Part shown: positions 44,180 through 58,293 of the stretch, one piece after another | How the letters are laid out: each line of letters opens with the position of its first letter | Position numbering within the stretch: the stretch's first letter is position 1 | Assembly: GCA_951406725.2 (NCBI GenBank) | Contig: OX597832.1 | Coordinates: 20,956,001 to 21,020,000 of the forward strand | DNA: 64,000 nucleotides | Direction of reading: 5' to 3' | Source: Octopus vulgaris | Taxonomy: Eukaryota | Notes under the pieces: generated by a model | The model's input: only the letters and a program-made list of their open reading frames with translations | Told to the model about the DNA's origin: nothing | The model's database searches: none | Position numbers and translations under genes: made by a program

Positions 44180-45055
44180 TGAAAGACTTGATATAAGATG
44201 TACAGGCAACACTTTTAAAGTTTATTGTCAGCAACATCTTCACTCATTTACGTCAATTTCTTATATTTGTCACTGACAATGGTTAAACACCAGGGATTTC
44301 AGAAATCAGTATTATCGTTTATCAAGTGATACTTATAAATATAAAAATGCATACATATATGTAGGTCGATGGATTAGATAGATAAATAGGTAGATAGATT
44401 GATTAACACACACAAATACACACAATCACATACATATATACATACATACACGGTGGTGAACTGTGCCACGATGGCACAAGAACATTATGTAGCTTTCTGT
44501 AATGTATACATTCTCATAGAACACTTGCCATTGTAAAAACAAAGCTTGTAAAAGGAATTGCTTATCTTCAGGTAAACGCGAAAATGTACCTGTTTCTTTT
44601 TTAAAGCAAAATCATAGCAGTAATGAATCAGAGACAATTAACTAATCAACACACGTGACATATAACTCGTGATTCAACAGGAAAGAGGCACAGATAACGC
44701 AGATCGCGGAAGTATCGCGAGAAATCTCGATGAACATTTGACCTCAATCATGCACACACACATACACACACATATGGAGTGTATTTCGTTGTTTACAATA
44801 ACTCTGGTTTACCGATGAAGCGTTAGATAGAATATATCTGCATTTAGAATGCGATGCATATAAATGCATCCTTGCGCCTATATATTTATATAAGAGGTCA
44901 TATGAATGTATATATATATATATATAAGAATTGTTTGTGTGATACTTTTGTATAAAATAGTTTGTGAGAGAGATTTTTGTGAGCGTGTGCATGTATATAT
45001 TTTACTTTATGTTTATGCATGTATATGAGCGTATAAATAAACCTGGAGTGTAATG

Positions 45056-45159
<104 letters not shown>

Positions 45160-45443
45160 TCTAAAGATGAGTGTGCATGCCTCCTTCTATTCACGCGTGC
45201 GTGTCTCTGTATGTGTATGTGTCTGTGGATGGAGGGTTTTTTTCTGTGTTTCAAAGAGCTATATCTCTAACAAACAATAAACATGTTATATGAGAACCTC
45301 ACATCAATACTTATTAGAATTCTAGCTTGGAGCTATTTTCGCTGTTGGTTTCTGCACATACTCAGACACATTCGCTCATCTACATGTACATGTATATTTC
45401 TACATACATGCATGCATGCATACATATATATATATTGATATAT

Positions 45444-45492
<49 letters not shown>

Positions 45493-45571
45493 CATATATA
45501 TGAATGTATGAATCTGTAAGTAGACATACATACATATGTAGAATGATATACGTAAATGTAAGTAACTGACG

Positions 45572-46011
45572 TCACATGTTAATTGAATGCGCTTTGTTAA
45601 TGCGCTTATTGGATGCAAGATTCGTCCAGGGAAAAAAATTCCTTTTAAAATGTCGTGTGTTAAAAAGACTGAATACCTCAAACCTCAAGAAACGAAACGC
45701 GCCGTAAGTAACGGGATGGGTGGTTATCGACGCTTCGTTGTTATTTCAGCTCGTCAGCACCATCTAACCCATTCCTCTAAAAACGAATTCGAATCGCCGA
45801 TTTAAGGTTTATTCATACAGATGGCGTGAAATCTATCCCCTGATGTACAACAGCAACGCGCATGTGCAACAAAATTAAATTCTGAATTAGAAGCAGTTCT
45901 AATAACGGAAACGTTAAGTACTGGTCGATTTGTTTCGTCTTAAGGGACTCGCCTGGATAAAATTACTCAACCAATAGGCGCGTAAATAAGACGCAGTCAT
46001 TATGTATGTGA
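45572..46011. mobile_element. Old MITE-like element with ~55-bp degenerate TIRs
   Basis: Left end tcacatgttaattgaatgcgctttgttaatgcgcttattggatgcaagattcgtccagg aligns with the reverse complement of the right end, tcacatacataatgactgcgtcttatttacgcgcctattggttgagtaattttatccagg. Confidence 0.55.
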
Positions 46012-46049
46012 GATCGGTAATGTTGACATTGTTAGAGCAGCTTCTTAAG

Positions 46050-47066
46050 GCTTCAATCTGGCAGAATTTATTAGCACGCCCGGAAATATGCTTAGCGGTG
46101 TTTTCTCTGTCATTATGCTCTGAATTTAATTTCTCCCGAGGTGGATTTTTCCTTTCATCCCTTCAGGGTTGATAATATAGGTATCCGTTGGAGTAATCAA
46201 CTTAACCCCTCTCGCTCGAACTCGCTGGCCTTGTAACAAAATTTGAAACCAAATGTTCTATTTAGTCTTGGTGTAGTATTGGTTTAGAGTATGGTGCTGC
46301 TGAACGTCAGTGGATACGTTTTATGCTCTCAGCATATATACCATAGACCAGTCATTCGATTTCGTTTCGATTTGATTCAGGTATAGCGTACTGACGAGTG
46401 GAAGTAACTACGAAATATAAATAATCATCATTCTTAAGGCGGCGGGCTGGCAGAAACGCCGGGCGAAATGCTTATCGGCATTTCGTCTCTCTTTATGTTC
46501 TGAGTTCAAAGAAGGCCGAGGTCGACTTTACCTTTCATCCTTTCGGAGTCAATAAATTAAGTACCAGTTGCGTACTGGGGTTGATCAAATCGACTGGCCC
46601 CCTTCCGCAAAATTTCAGGGCTTGTGTCTCGGGTAGAAAAGAATATCAATAGTCACCGTTCTTGTGGCGGTGACCTGGCAGGAACGTTAGCACGCCGGGC
46701 AAAATGCATAGCGGTATTTCGTCTGCCGCTACGTTCTGAGTTCAAATTCCCCCGAGGTCGACTTTGCTTTTCATCCTTTCGGGGTCGATTAAATAAGTAC
46801 CAGTTACGCACTGGGGTCGATATAATCGACTTAATCCGTTTGTCTGCCCTTGTTTGTCCCCTCAGTGTGTAGCCCCTTGTGGGCAATAAAGAAATAGGTA
46901 TTTCGTTTGTCTTTACGTGTTGAGTTCAAATTAGGCTGAGGTCAAGTTTACCTTTCATCCTTTCGGGTTCGATAAATTAAGCACCAGTTGCGTACTGGGG
47001 TCAATCTAATCGACAGGCCCCCTAACCAAAAATTTCGGGCTTTGTGCCCAGAGTAGAAAAGTATAT
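46050..47066 (+). mobile_element. Cluster of family A SINEs (degraded 46050-46250; monomer 46436-46646; dimer 46666-47066)
   Basis: Repeated heads (aaggcggcgggctggcagaa) and bodies. The dimer junction aaagaaata|ggtatttcg is the same as in the 8366 copy. Confidence 0.85.
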
Positions 47067-48530
47067 CAATATATACCGTTCTCTTTCACTTTACGTGTCG
47101 ATTCTTAACCTCCGATTTGAGGAGTTTTGTGCTATTTAACACGAAATACGTCTAAAAGGACATTTTCCTTGCCGAATCCCAAACAAATACGCTTGTAAAA
47201 GTGAATTCATTATGTGTCCCCTGAACCACGAAGCTGGGAAGTAAAGTTCTAACCACTCAGCAACGCCTGCGCTTATATGTAGTCTGTTATGTATTCTTTT
47301 GCAGGTATGATATTCCAAATCATGCAAGAATATTTCTGTTATTCCGTACGTCACCAAACGCAGCTCTAAAATAAATTATTATTCTGTCCAAACTTCGATT
47401 AATTTCATGGCAACAGAAGACATGCAGGTATCTGACGCCATGAAATTATTTTGCAAATGTTTCAGTGAATTGAAGAAAGACGCAACCCTGACAAATGCAA
47501 CTCTTCTGAAATTTGCTGGAAAGAATACTAGAAGAAACCATTCATTCTGTTTTTATTGTTGAGGGCAGCTACACTTCTCCCTCGATACTCCATTATCCTC
47601 AAACGTCTTCTTGGTTTTGCTTATCGCGATGGAATGGGTTCTGCTAAAAAAAACATTGAAGTGCAATTTGATGCACACATTAGCCGATCTATAAATAATC
47701 TTCGCAAAAAATGGGGGTAGATTTAGTTGTTATTTCTAGTTGTTCAAGTGACCATATAAAGATGACATCGAGTCAGGTAGTAATTATATAAAACGTGAGA
47801 GAGAGAGAGAGAAGATGGAGTCTAATTTTAAACACAGTCAGTATATATTGGCAGGTGCGAAATTGCTCATTAGTACCGTCACCCACAGATATTCAGATAC
47901 ATATAAATGCATCTTATAATGACAGTTGTCAATGGTAGAGTGTATTGTATGCGAAGGGGTGGAAACATAATAAACACTGTGACTACATTTATCACACAAC
48001 TATACGCGCTCATACGCACACATAAACACGCATACACACACGCATATACATACATATTCGTACATATACATATATAAACCTATATAGATATATATGTGTG
48101 CGCATACATATCCTGTATAAATACAAACACACACTTACACACATATATATATATAGCCATACAGCAGATTGATGTCTACATGTGAAAGACTCCAAGATAA
48201 TTGTAAGCTTAATAAATATCAGGTCACTCAATTCTATTATGTTACACGTTTCATTGCTGGAAATCAAATCGGATCCATGTGTTTCTGATCATTTGAGTAA
48301 ATACAACATTTAAATTAACTGAATTTAAACCACTTTACATTAGAATAATTGTATAATGACAATTATGCAATTATACATTTGATATTGGTTATCTTTATGA
48401 AACAGCTGTTGAGTACAAAATATGACGTATATATGAAATATAGATTTCTCTGCAGTATATCAAATATATTCATCCAAATAAGGGGGGGAGAGAGTGTGAG
48501 AGAAGGAGACAGAGAGATACAAACATATTC

Positions 48531-48572
<42 letters not shown>

Positions 48573-48893
48573 AAATACAAAATGGGATAAGAACGCAAAA
48601 CATCCGGACAACTAGGTGATACAAAAAGGGGCAATAAAACATCCAAATAGACGATACAAAAAAAAAACACGGATGGGTCGTTCGTAGCCTTTTATCTTCA
48701 GTCAAGAACCGGATCATCCTCGCAATTTCGGCTGATTAATCTTGAGATTAATCCAATCTGGCCAGCCCCAGGGAAAAACTAAGCTAAGAGCACTAGATCC
48801 CTTGGCAAAAAGCATCGAATGTATACGAAACAAGGACGAAAAAATGGATCATGTCACACGAATATAAGTACAAAAATAATATTTAAAAAAAAC

Positions 48894-48945
<52 letters not shown>

Positions 48946-49653
48946 GGATATAACAACAGGCGTCTTTCGACTGGAGACAAATTGAACACGGAATAATAGA
49001 TAAACAGTTACCAGGGTAGCAAAAAATCCTACAAGTAAAAAGGGCGTAACGCCTTGTTTTTAAACGTAGAAACTCCGGGTTTATAGGAAATATTTTGTAT
49101 ATTATACATAAATAAATAAATAAATAAATAGGGTAAAACGCGGGTGTTATTCAAATTCTTTTACTTCCGATACATGTTTTGAAGATATCATTGGTATTAT
49201 TTGAAAGGAATAAAATGGTGTAAAACTATGTAATCTTTTCTGCGGGTAAATGAAGAATAAAACTCGTCAACAAGACATTTTAACAGAATATGATGGATAT
49301 GTATAGTGATGAAGTGAACGCTATTAAATTTTTAAGAAAAAAAAAAACGTTAGATGATACAACGTGAAAGGTAGCCTACAGAAAGAGGAGGGGTAAAGGA
49401 AAGAAAAAATCAGAAACCAAATAAATAAGAAGTATAGAACGATATGTGAATTAAATAAAACCCTAAAGTCTTGGGAAATGATATATCTAGTGGAAGTGAA
49501 ATGTAAGAAGAAAATCAATGTTTAAATTATACATAATGGAAGATATCACTTATATGAAAGAATGCTGTGTTTCTGTCAATGTTTACATCGATAAGCACGC
49601 TCTATAACCGTGTTTACAAGGGGATTTTGAGAAAAAACAAGTTCACAATTACA

Positions 49654-49761
<108 letters not shown>

Positions 49762-49875
49762 AACATATATATATAAAGTTAATTGAAACATGAAAACACA
49801 AAGAGGAAACACAACAACGCGAGAGCGTGGAACAAGTATAGTGTTATCGGACGCTCAAGAAAGGAAAGAAGGAGG

Positions 49876-49910
49876 ATTTAACGTTTCGATCGGAGCTCTT
49901 CGTCAGAAAC
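49876..49910 (-). ncRNA. Minimal type I hammerhead ribozyme motif in a short repeat fragment (~49775-49930)
   Basis: Reverse complement: gttt CTGACGA a gagc tcc gatc GAAA cg TT aaat. Core intact, stem II has 1 mismatch, stem I is weak. Confidence 0.65.
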
Positions 49911-49976
49911 ATAGGAAAAGTAAAGATTAAGTAAATTACAAAAATAATATAATGTATATAATAGGTACAAAAACGT

Positions 49977-50027
<51 letters not shown>

Positions 50028-50253
50028 TAGTGACATTCTGTTTGATCAAATATTTGTTACTTTCATCAGATATTTACTTCAACAGTCTCTGTGGACCCCA
50101 CTAAAATAGCTGATGAGATTACTTCTTTACTATCGAAATATTAAATGATACTGTATAAATCACACCACTTCGAGAGTGAAATCGTGCATTACATAATTAG
50201 GGATATTACTGGCTTGGTTATTATTCTTCTAATTAATATAATTATTCGTTGTA

Positions 50254-51153
50254 TAGGGTAGCATACGAGAAAGTAACCCGGGTTTCGTAACACGGTGCCA
50301 GTGCAGAAATAAATTGACACACGCGAAAAGAACCCAGCCTTTCGTTTGCTGTTGTCGTTGTTTTATCTCGATCGCTTGTAACAGTTATTCAGTAATTTAC
50401 TCGTTTGCTCTTGTCGTCCATATTTAATTGCTGTACATATGTGAAATGATATGTCTTCAACACTAGACTTTTTAACACTCGTTCGCATGACCTTCTGTTT
50501 ATTTGAGACTGCTGGACTTCATTAGATTTCGAGTAATCCTGAATATCCTAAATAACTTTCGGCGTTCGAACTGTGGTGTCTCTTTGTTTTGAAGCGTTGT
50601 ACACTAACCCAGTTGTGCGCCACTTCTTAACCAATGTTTGTATCGTTCTCTTTGCCTGTAAGTGTTTACTTGGAAGCTATTAAAAAATTCACGCGTTTGC
50701 TTAATAGAACCCGTTCTCAAATACGCTTCCACAATCTCTCCTCTTTCGGCTATTGAGTACACCAACTTACAGAAAAGGCTAGACACATCGTTCACTCAAT
50801 GCAGTCCTACCTTCAGCTAATCTGGTGAGTATGTAACGAGGACGATGTCGTAGACAATCGACTAGTGCGCCATAGTTGTTCAGCAGTTACAAGCGGACAA
50901 AATTACACAAAGTTACTAGCAAACGCAAGACTGGGTGCTTTTTCGTATATGTAAAATCATTACTGTATATGTAAAATTATTACGTATATGTAAAATTATT
51001 ACGATTATTACACTATGGCACAGTATCCAGGCTTCTTTTCCGGTCGAAATAACAGTATTACACATGCAAACGAAAGGCTGGGGTCTTTTCCAGTTTATTT
51101 CTCTACCTGTACTATGCTACGAAACTCGGGTTACTCTTCCATGCCCCACGCTG
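50254..51153 (-). mobile_element. Internally deleted Tc1/mariner element with TIRs and an N-terminal HTH transposase remnant
   Basis: TIR core agtaacccg(g/a)gtttcgta..agaaataaa at both ends, with TA flanks. The minus strand translates VYSIAERGEIVEAYLRTGSIKQTREF and, after a frameshift, TIQTLVKKWRTTG (DUF4817-like). Confidence 0.8.
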
Positions 51154-51195
51154 TATTATAGTCACACTGTGATTCACTGTGGCTTCTAATGTATA

Positions 51196-51650
51196 CCGTA
51201 AATCCTCGAGTATAATCGGCACTTTTTTCCCAAAATTTAACGGTCAAAATCGCTAGTGCGTACTATATACGAGGTTAAAAATGAAATTTTTTTTCTAAGC
51301 ATTGTCCGAGTTGCTATTTGCTGTCCGGCAATATTTATTCAGACTCATTTTGTGATATCAGGCGCAAAAATACCTTAAGCTAAGCCTGAAAGCAATGAAG
51401 TCGTAAAAGAATCATCCATAACTTGCTGTAAGCAACATTTATTAAACGTTATTATTGTTATTTTTTTATTTTATGCAAACAAAATGCACAAAAAAGCAAC
51501 ACGTTTGCATTATGTTATATATACAATAATAATAAAGGATGTTACCGTACACATTTTTACAAACCAAAGACGTTATATAGACCTCCTTGACTCAAGCTAG
51601 AGAAGGGGTGCGTATTATACTCAAGGGCGGTCTATACTCGAGGATTACGA
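51196..51650. mobile_element. pogo/Tc2-like MITE
   Basis: Termini TA|ccgtaaatcctcgagtataa and tatactcgaggattacga|TA, with internal subrepeats gtgcgta.tata. Confidence 0.8.
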
Positions 51651-51654
51651 TATA

Positions 51655-51848
51655 TATCCTTTATTACTTCAATCTTTGGACTGCAGCCATGTCGCGGCTC
51701 CAATACTTAATATTTGTAAGTTCGGTACTTAATATACCGATGTCATTTCGGCGAAAGGCTAAATTGTGAAAATGTAAACTAAAACCTGTCGTCAAGCAGT
51801 GGTGAGGAATAAACAGAGATAAGCACGCACGGACACACATACACACAC

Positions 51849-51884
<36 letters not shown>

Positions 51885-51970
51885 TATATATATGTATACA
51901 TATATATAAACAAATACACGGCGGTCTTCACAGATTCCCTGTCAATTACACTTACAACGCTTTGGTCGCT
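51655..51970 (-). mobile_element. Degraded family B SINE
   Basis: ggactgcagccatg..gtcgtcaagcagtggtg..(CA)n..acacggcggtcttcacag, same module order as 26926-27300. Confidence 0.6.
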
Positions 51971-51993
51971 CACATTAAAATCTACCTTCAGAG

Positions 51994-52086
<93 letters not shown>

Positions 52087-52413
52087 CTGCTGTTGCTACT
52101 ACTATTACTACTAGTGTGCGTTAGGCGTGATAATGAAATGAGGAATTAAACTGCTATAAAAATGTGCTTGGTGGTCGGGCGGTAAGAAAAAATGCCGGAT
52201 ATTTCTTGTCTGTCAACCCTGTTGGGTGACCTCTCCATCGATCATCAGATTTGACAGACTGCTACTACGCCTCCAGCTTTCATGTCGTCTCTTTCCATCT
52301 CCTCTCTCTTCCCCATCTCACTCTCTTTTTCTCTCCCTCACTCTCTCTCACTCTCTGTCTCACACACACATATACATCTGTACATATGTATGTATATGTA
52401 TATATATATTATG

Positions 52414-52511
<98 letters not shown>

Positions 52512-52529
52512 TATACGTATATATATGTA

Positions 52530-52572
<43 letters not shown>

Positions 52573-53177
52573 CCAACGTCATCATAAATCATACAAGCGC
52601 ACACACACGCACATACACACACTCACACACACACACACACGCACATATACACTCACGCACACACATATATATATAGAGAGAGATGCATACATACATACAT
52701 ATATACATAAAAACAGAAATATACATCTATAGATGTGTGAATGTGTGCGTCCAAGTATGTATGTGTGTATATATTATGTCATTTATATATATATATATAT
52801 ATATAATATGTTATAGTAATATTACATTGTATTATATTATATGACGTATGTATAAACGGGGTCAGTACTTGGTAGCTCATTTCTACTTTGAAACCACAGC
52901 CAACAACAGGGCTAATAACACCATTATTGCCGCAGCGATAACCGTCAATACAGCAACAACAATGAAAACATCAACTGCAACCGCAGAAATATGGCGAACG
53001 TTGACGCCATCTTAAAAATTATAGACACAGCACAGGAGACATAACAGCTTCCTGATTGGTCAATTAAGATCGACAGTCCAATAAGTACCTGCGTAACCAG
53101 TGATGGAAGGAGAGTGAGGTGAGGGGCAGGTAGAAGAAATGAGAGAGAGGGAGAGTAGGGAGAGAGCAATATAAAGG

Positions 53178-53232
<55 letters not shown>

Positions 53233-53449
53233 AAAGAGAGAGAGTGAGAGAGTAGGGCGGGATAGAGAAAGAAAGAGACTTGATGAAATGATGCCCATGG
53301 TGATGTGGTAAGGGTGATGTAAGAGGGATTGTTCTCTAATATGGCGGGCGAAAAATGATGGAGGAGTTAGAGTCGGTGGTAATGACGAGGTTGGCGGGAG
53401 CAATTATTTTGAATGCGTTCGTAATAACTGCGGTGGTGATTGTCGAAGA

Positions 53450-54740
53450 TTGTGATGGTGAAGGTTTATGATGGTGATGATTATGATCATCATGATGATC
53501 ATGATGGTGGTGGTGGTGGTGATTATGATGGTGAAGATGATGATGATGTTGGTGGTAGTGGTGATAATGATGATGATGATGATGATGGAGATGGTGGTGG
53601 TGGTGGTTATGATGGTGAAGATGATGATGGAGATGGTGGTGGTGGTGGTTATGATGGTGAAGATGATGATGGAGATGGTGGTGGTGGTGATAATGATGAT
53701 GATGATGATGAAGATGGAGATGGTGGTGGTGGTGGTGGTAGTGGTGGTTATGATGATGATGATGATGGTGGTGGTCGTGGTCGTGTTGATGATGATGGTG
53801 ATGATGATGATGATGATGATGATGCTGATGGTGGTGGTGATGGTGGTGAACATGGTGATGGTGAGGATGATGATGATGATGATGGTGGCGGTGGTGAAGA
53901 TAATGATGGTGATGATGATGATTGTGGTGGTGGTGGTGGTGGTGGTGGTGATGAGAATGATGATGGTGATGATGATGATGATAGTGATGATGATGATGAT
54001 GATGGTGATGATGCTGATGGTGGTGATGGTGGTGGTGGTGATGACGATGATGATGACGACGATGACGATAAATATGACGACGATGAGGAAGACAACAACG
54101 ATGACGGCGATAACTTTGACGACGGCGATGATGTTTATGATGATGACAACGACGTCGATGATGATGATATAATGGTGGTGGTGGTGATAATGGTGATGTT
54201 GGTGGTGGTGGTGGTGGTGGTGGTGGTGGTGGTGGTGGTGGTGGTGAATGGTGGTGGTGACTGATGATGATGATGATGGTGGTGATGATGCTATTGACGA
54301 CAATGATGATCTCATCTAACGGCAATAACTTCGATGATGTCTTTGTCATTCTATGACGATCGCCACGGAGACGTCCACTTGGTGAAGACTTTAAGTGTAG
54401 TAGAGATTGTGACAGCCAAGGTGGTGTTGATGGTGATGGTGATTGAGATGTTGTTAACGATGGTGGTGATGATGATGGCGGTGTTGTTGTTATCGATGGT
54501 GGTGATGGTGATGATGATGGCGGTGTTGTTGTTTTTATCGATGGTGGTGGTGGTGATAGCGATTATGATGGTGATTGTGGTGGTTGTAGTGGTAGTGATG
54601 GTGGCGGTGATGGTGGCGGTTGGTGGTGGTAGTGGTGGTGGTAGTGGTGACAGTGGTGGTGGTGGTGGTTGGTGGTATTGGTGGTAGCGATTATGATTTG
54701 ATGGTGGTGGTGATGGTGATGGTGGTGGGGGTGATGGTTT
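53450..54740. repeat. ~1.3-kb degenerate (GAT/GGT/GAC)n triplet array
   Basis: Directly visible; it generates the poly-D/G/H/M/V ORFs. Confidence 0.95.
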
Positions 54741-55015
54741 GTTTGGAGGAAAATATATGAGAAAATAACTGAAATGAAAACGAGTTAGGCGAAAGAATAT
54801 ATGGTGGAAGGAAAATGAATACACGAAGCAAATAAACGGATGCTCTTGTGTTTATGCAATAGTGTGTGTATATGTATAGGAATTTGCGTGTATATATATA
54901 TATGTATGTGTGTTTGTGTGTGTGTGACGTGTGTGTGTGTGTGTATGTGTGTGTATTGACTTTGCATATGATACGCAGATTGATATTTTAAACGAATACT
55001 ACCTCAGAAGCCATA

Positions 55016-55053
<38 letters not shown>

Positions 55054-55061
<8 letters not shown>

Positions 55062-55358
55062 ACCACCACGTGACCGACCAGACCATCAGATGTAGCTACA
55101 CATCGCTGGTCACAATGAGTTCGCATTGTTTTAGCCTTCGAATGACGCCACCTCGCTGGCTGAGGGAGCAGGCCAACAGAAGAAAGAGTGACAGAAAGAG
55201 TGAGAGAAAGAGTGGTGAAAGAATACACCAGGGATCACCACCCCCTGCCGGAGACTAGTGGAGCTTTCAGGTGTTTTCGCTCAATAAACACTCACAACGC
55301 CCGAAACCGCGATCCTACGACCGCGAGTCCGCTGCCCTAACCGCTGGGCCATGCGCTT

Positions 55359-55360
<2 letters not shown>
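55054..55360 (-). mobile_element. tRNA-derived SINE, family C (near full length)
   Basis: Reverse complement of the 42244 copy, plus a 3' tail ending gtggtcacgtgat next to (TA)n. Confidence 0.85.
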
Positions 55361-55411
<51 letters not shown>

Positions 55412-55413
<2 letters not shown>

Positions 55414-55715
55414 CTTTTGCTTACTTCAGGGGCATTTGACTGCGGCCAGAATGGGGCATCACTTTAAAGGGTTTTAGTCGAACAAATCGACTCCACGTCT
55501 TTTTTAAAGTCTGGTACTTATTCGAGTGTTTTTCTTTGCCGCTGATATATATATACAACGGGCTTCTTTCAGTTTCCCCTCTACCAACTCCACTCACACT
55601 GTTTTGGTCGGACAGAGGGTATAGTTGAAGACACTTGAACAATATTGTGACTAAATCCGGTATTGGGACTAAATCCGGTACCATGTGGTCGGTAAGCTGG
55701 CTTCATACCACACAG
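55412..55715 (-). mobile_element. Family B SINE with deletions and a tandem-duplicated B-box region
   Basis: catttgactgcggcc..gtcgaacaaatcgac..acaacgggcttctttcagtttcc..gaagacacttg; gactaaatccggta occurs twice. Confidence 0.75.
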
Positions 55716-56474
55716 TAGTTTCTTCCGTCCTTTTTGAGGGTCAAACAGCGAATATTATACACGCTACACGTCCCTGAAAATCAAACAACATACCCAAGAC
55801 TTTCCCATTAGAGTTACCCATCTTTGGTTAGTATCTTCACCACAGGCTACAATCCATTCTAGCTTGGTAGGTAACTTTGTAGTTGGGTACCAAATCAGAA
55901 ATTTCTCGCAATATATAAATCCATACATACCTACGTACGTTAACATAAAGCTGAAGATAAGCAAAAAGGGAAAATGCGTACGTCGAACTATTGAGGGCCC
56001 TACAGCTACTCTATCCAGACTATAAATTCAGATATATAATTGTAATTATTGGGAGACTGGGATATGTAACACATTACCTAAACAGCAATCTTTAGAAATT
56101 AGGCTTCCCAAAACCAGAAAAGATAAAGCTGATTCGAATACTACCGATCCAAACCATCACTGGAATTCTAAAAATCTGTAAATCTTTCCAGAAGTTTATC
56201 ATTTAAGTATATATGAGAGTGTCTAGACATGCAGCTATAGGCATAAATATACATACACAAAGCAAAACATGCAAATCTGCACATATACATACATACATAT
56301 ATACATACATACATACATACATACATACATACACACACACATACATACATACATACATACATACATACATGCATACATACATACATACATGCATACATAC
56401 ATACATACATACATACATACATACATACATACATACATACATACATACATACATACATACATACATACATACAT

Positions 56475-56507
<33 letters not shown>

Positions 56508-56867
56508 CATTATGGCTGCCCCCTCGTTATCGAGTATGGCCGTTGCACGAAGCTTAACTGTTACTGGTGCTGTGATCGAATGTGACTTTTTAGCCCAGCT
56601 AAAGACCTACAATGTCTTGTACAAAAATTGGCAACTAAAACCTTTACTGGTAATAGCCGGCTGTAGTTGTAACTGGGCTTCATGTACCTTTGCATGTCGT
56701 TTAAGTCCTCCTGCCGAATTACACTCTCTTCCACATGCCCGACAGATATGATTAGTATGGTGTGTAATACCACCACCACCAGTGGCCAGGTTGTCACACA
56801 TCTGTCTCGTTTTATGACTACGAAGATGACTCTTGAGTCCAGCTTTACTGAGGCAGAGTCTTGCACA
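56508..56867 (-). mobile_element. 3' end of an RTE-like LINE with C-terminal C2H2 zinc fingers, inserted in (TACA)n
   Basis: CARLCLSKAGLKSHLRSH, CRACGRECNSAGGLKRHAKVH and (frameshifted) CQFCTRHCRSLAGLKSHIRSQH. A very short 3' end, ctcgataacgaggggcagccata, runs into microsatellite. Confidence 0.7.
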
Positions 56868-57039
56868 TACATACATACGTACATACATACATACATACAA
56901 ACAAACAAAAATACCCTATCGATGTTGTTGAAATTTCAGTGAAGTAATCTTGGATCAAGAGTACAAACCGGCTCTTTCTGTATTGGCAAGAAATCTTGAA
57001 ATAAAACTGAATAATGACATACATACATACATACATACA

Positions 57040-57098
<59 letters not shown>

Positions 57099-58017
57099 GT
57101 GTGTGTGTATGCGTATATGTGTGTTTGTGTATGTGTAAGTGCTCTGTAGTTCTTTCTGCTATCTTTTCTCTGTTTGTCTCACTGGCTCTTCTTATTCGTT
57201 CCCAATTTCCATCCAGTCCTCTCCATCCTTTAGTTTCATCACTTCAGCCAATACCGCCATCATGCACACTGTGCCATCTTCTCGTAAACTCCCGGCCTCA
57301 ACCTCCCACTCTTTTTACTTAAAACTCGCCCTTCCCCTCCGTTTTTCCTCTTCTACATCCCTCCATTCTCTCTTTCCGCCCCCCCTCTCTCTCTCTCTCG
57401 CTCCCCCTCTCTCTCTGTAGGCACAGTTCTTGTCGGCATATAGATTTAAATCATCACACGCCACTGTCACTAATGGCCAATCTGAAACCATTTGTCATTC
57501 TACAACGTGACTCTCGTGTCTTGGAACGACGAGAGAGAGAGACACACACAGAGACAGAGACAGAGACAGAGAGAGAGGAGGAGGAGGAAGACCGTGGAAA
57601 AATGAGACAGAGAGAGAGAGAGACACACAGAGACGCAGGCGGAGTCGCAATTCCTTCCATGCATACATACACTCATTGCACGCCTTTACAATAATACCAA
57701 CACACAAGCATATATATGTGTGTGGGTGTGCGCGTGTATGTAGGTATGCATGTGTGTTTGTGTGCATGTATATATAATTATATATACGCATGTAATATAT
57801 ATATATGTATATATATATATATATGTATATACATATATATATGTATATACATATATATATATGTATATACATATATATATACACATATATATACATAAAT
57901 ATACATAAATATACATAATATAATATATGTATATACATATATATATATAAATATACATATATATATATATATATGTATATATATATGTATATATATATAT
58001 ACATATATATACATAAA

Positions 58018-58048
<31 letters not shown>

Positions 58049-58190
58049 AAATATGTATCCATATATGCATGCATATATGCACATATATGTAGGTATGTAC
58101 ATATATGTATGTATATATGCATATATTTATATATTATTTATATACATATATATATATGTATATATATATGTATTTATACATATATATATG

Positions 58191-58223
<33 letters not shown>

Positions 58224-58224
58224 G

Positions 58225-58293
<69 letters not shown>

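Noticed and set aside
46391-46418. CTGACGA gtgg..ctac GAAA hammerhead-like core
   Set aside because: Stem II is plausible but no convincing stem I forms, so it is a chance match or too decayed to call.
50110-50142. CTGATGA gat..atc GAAA hammerhead-like core
   Set aside because: Only a 3-bp stem II and no stem I pairing.
55821-55830. tctttggtta, matching the 5' end of miR-9
   Set aside because: The remainder does not match and no star arm is present.
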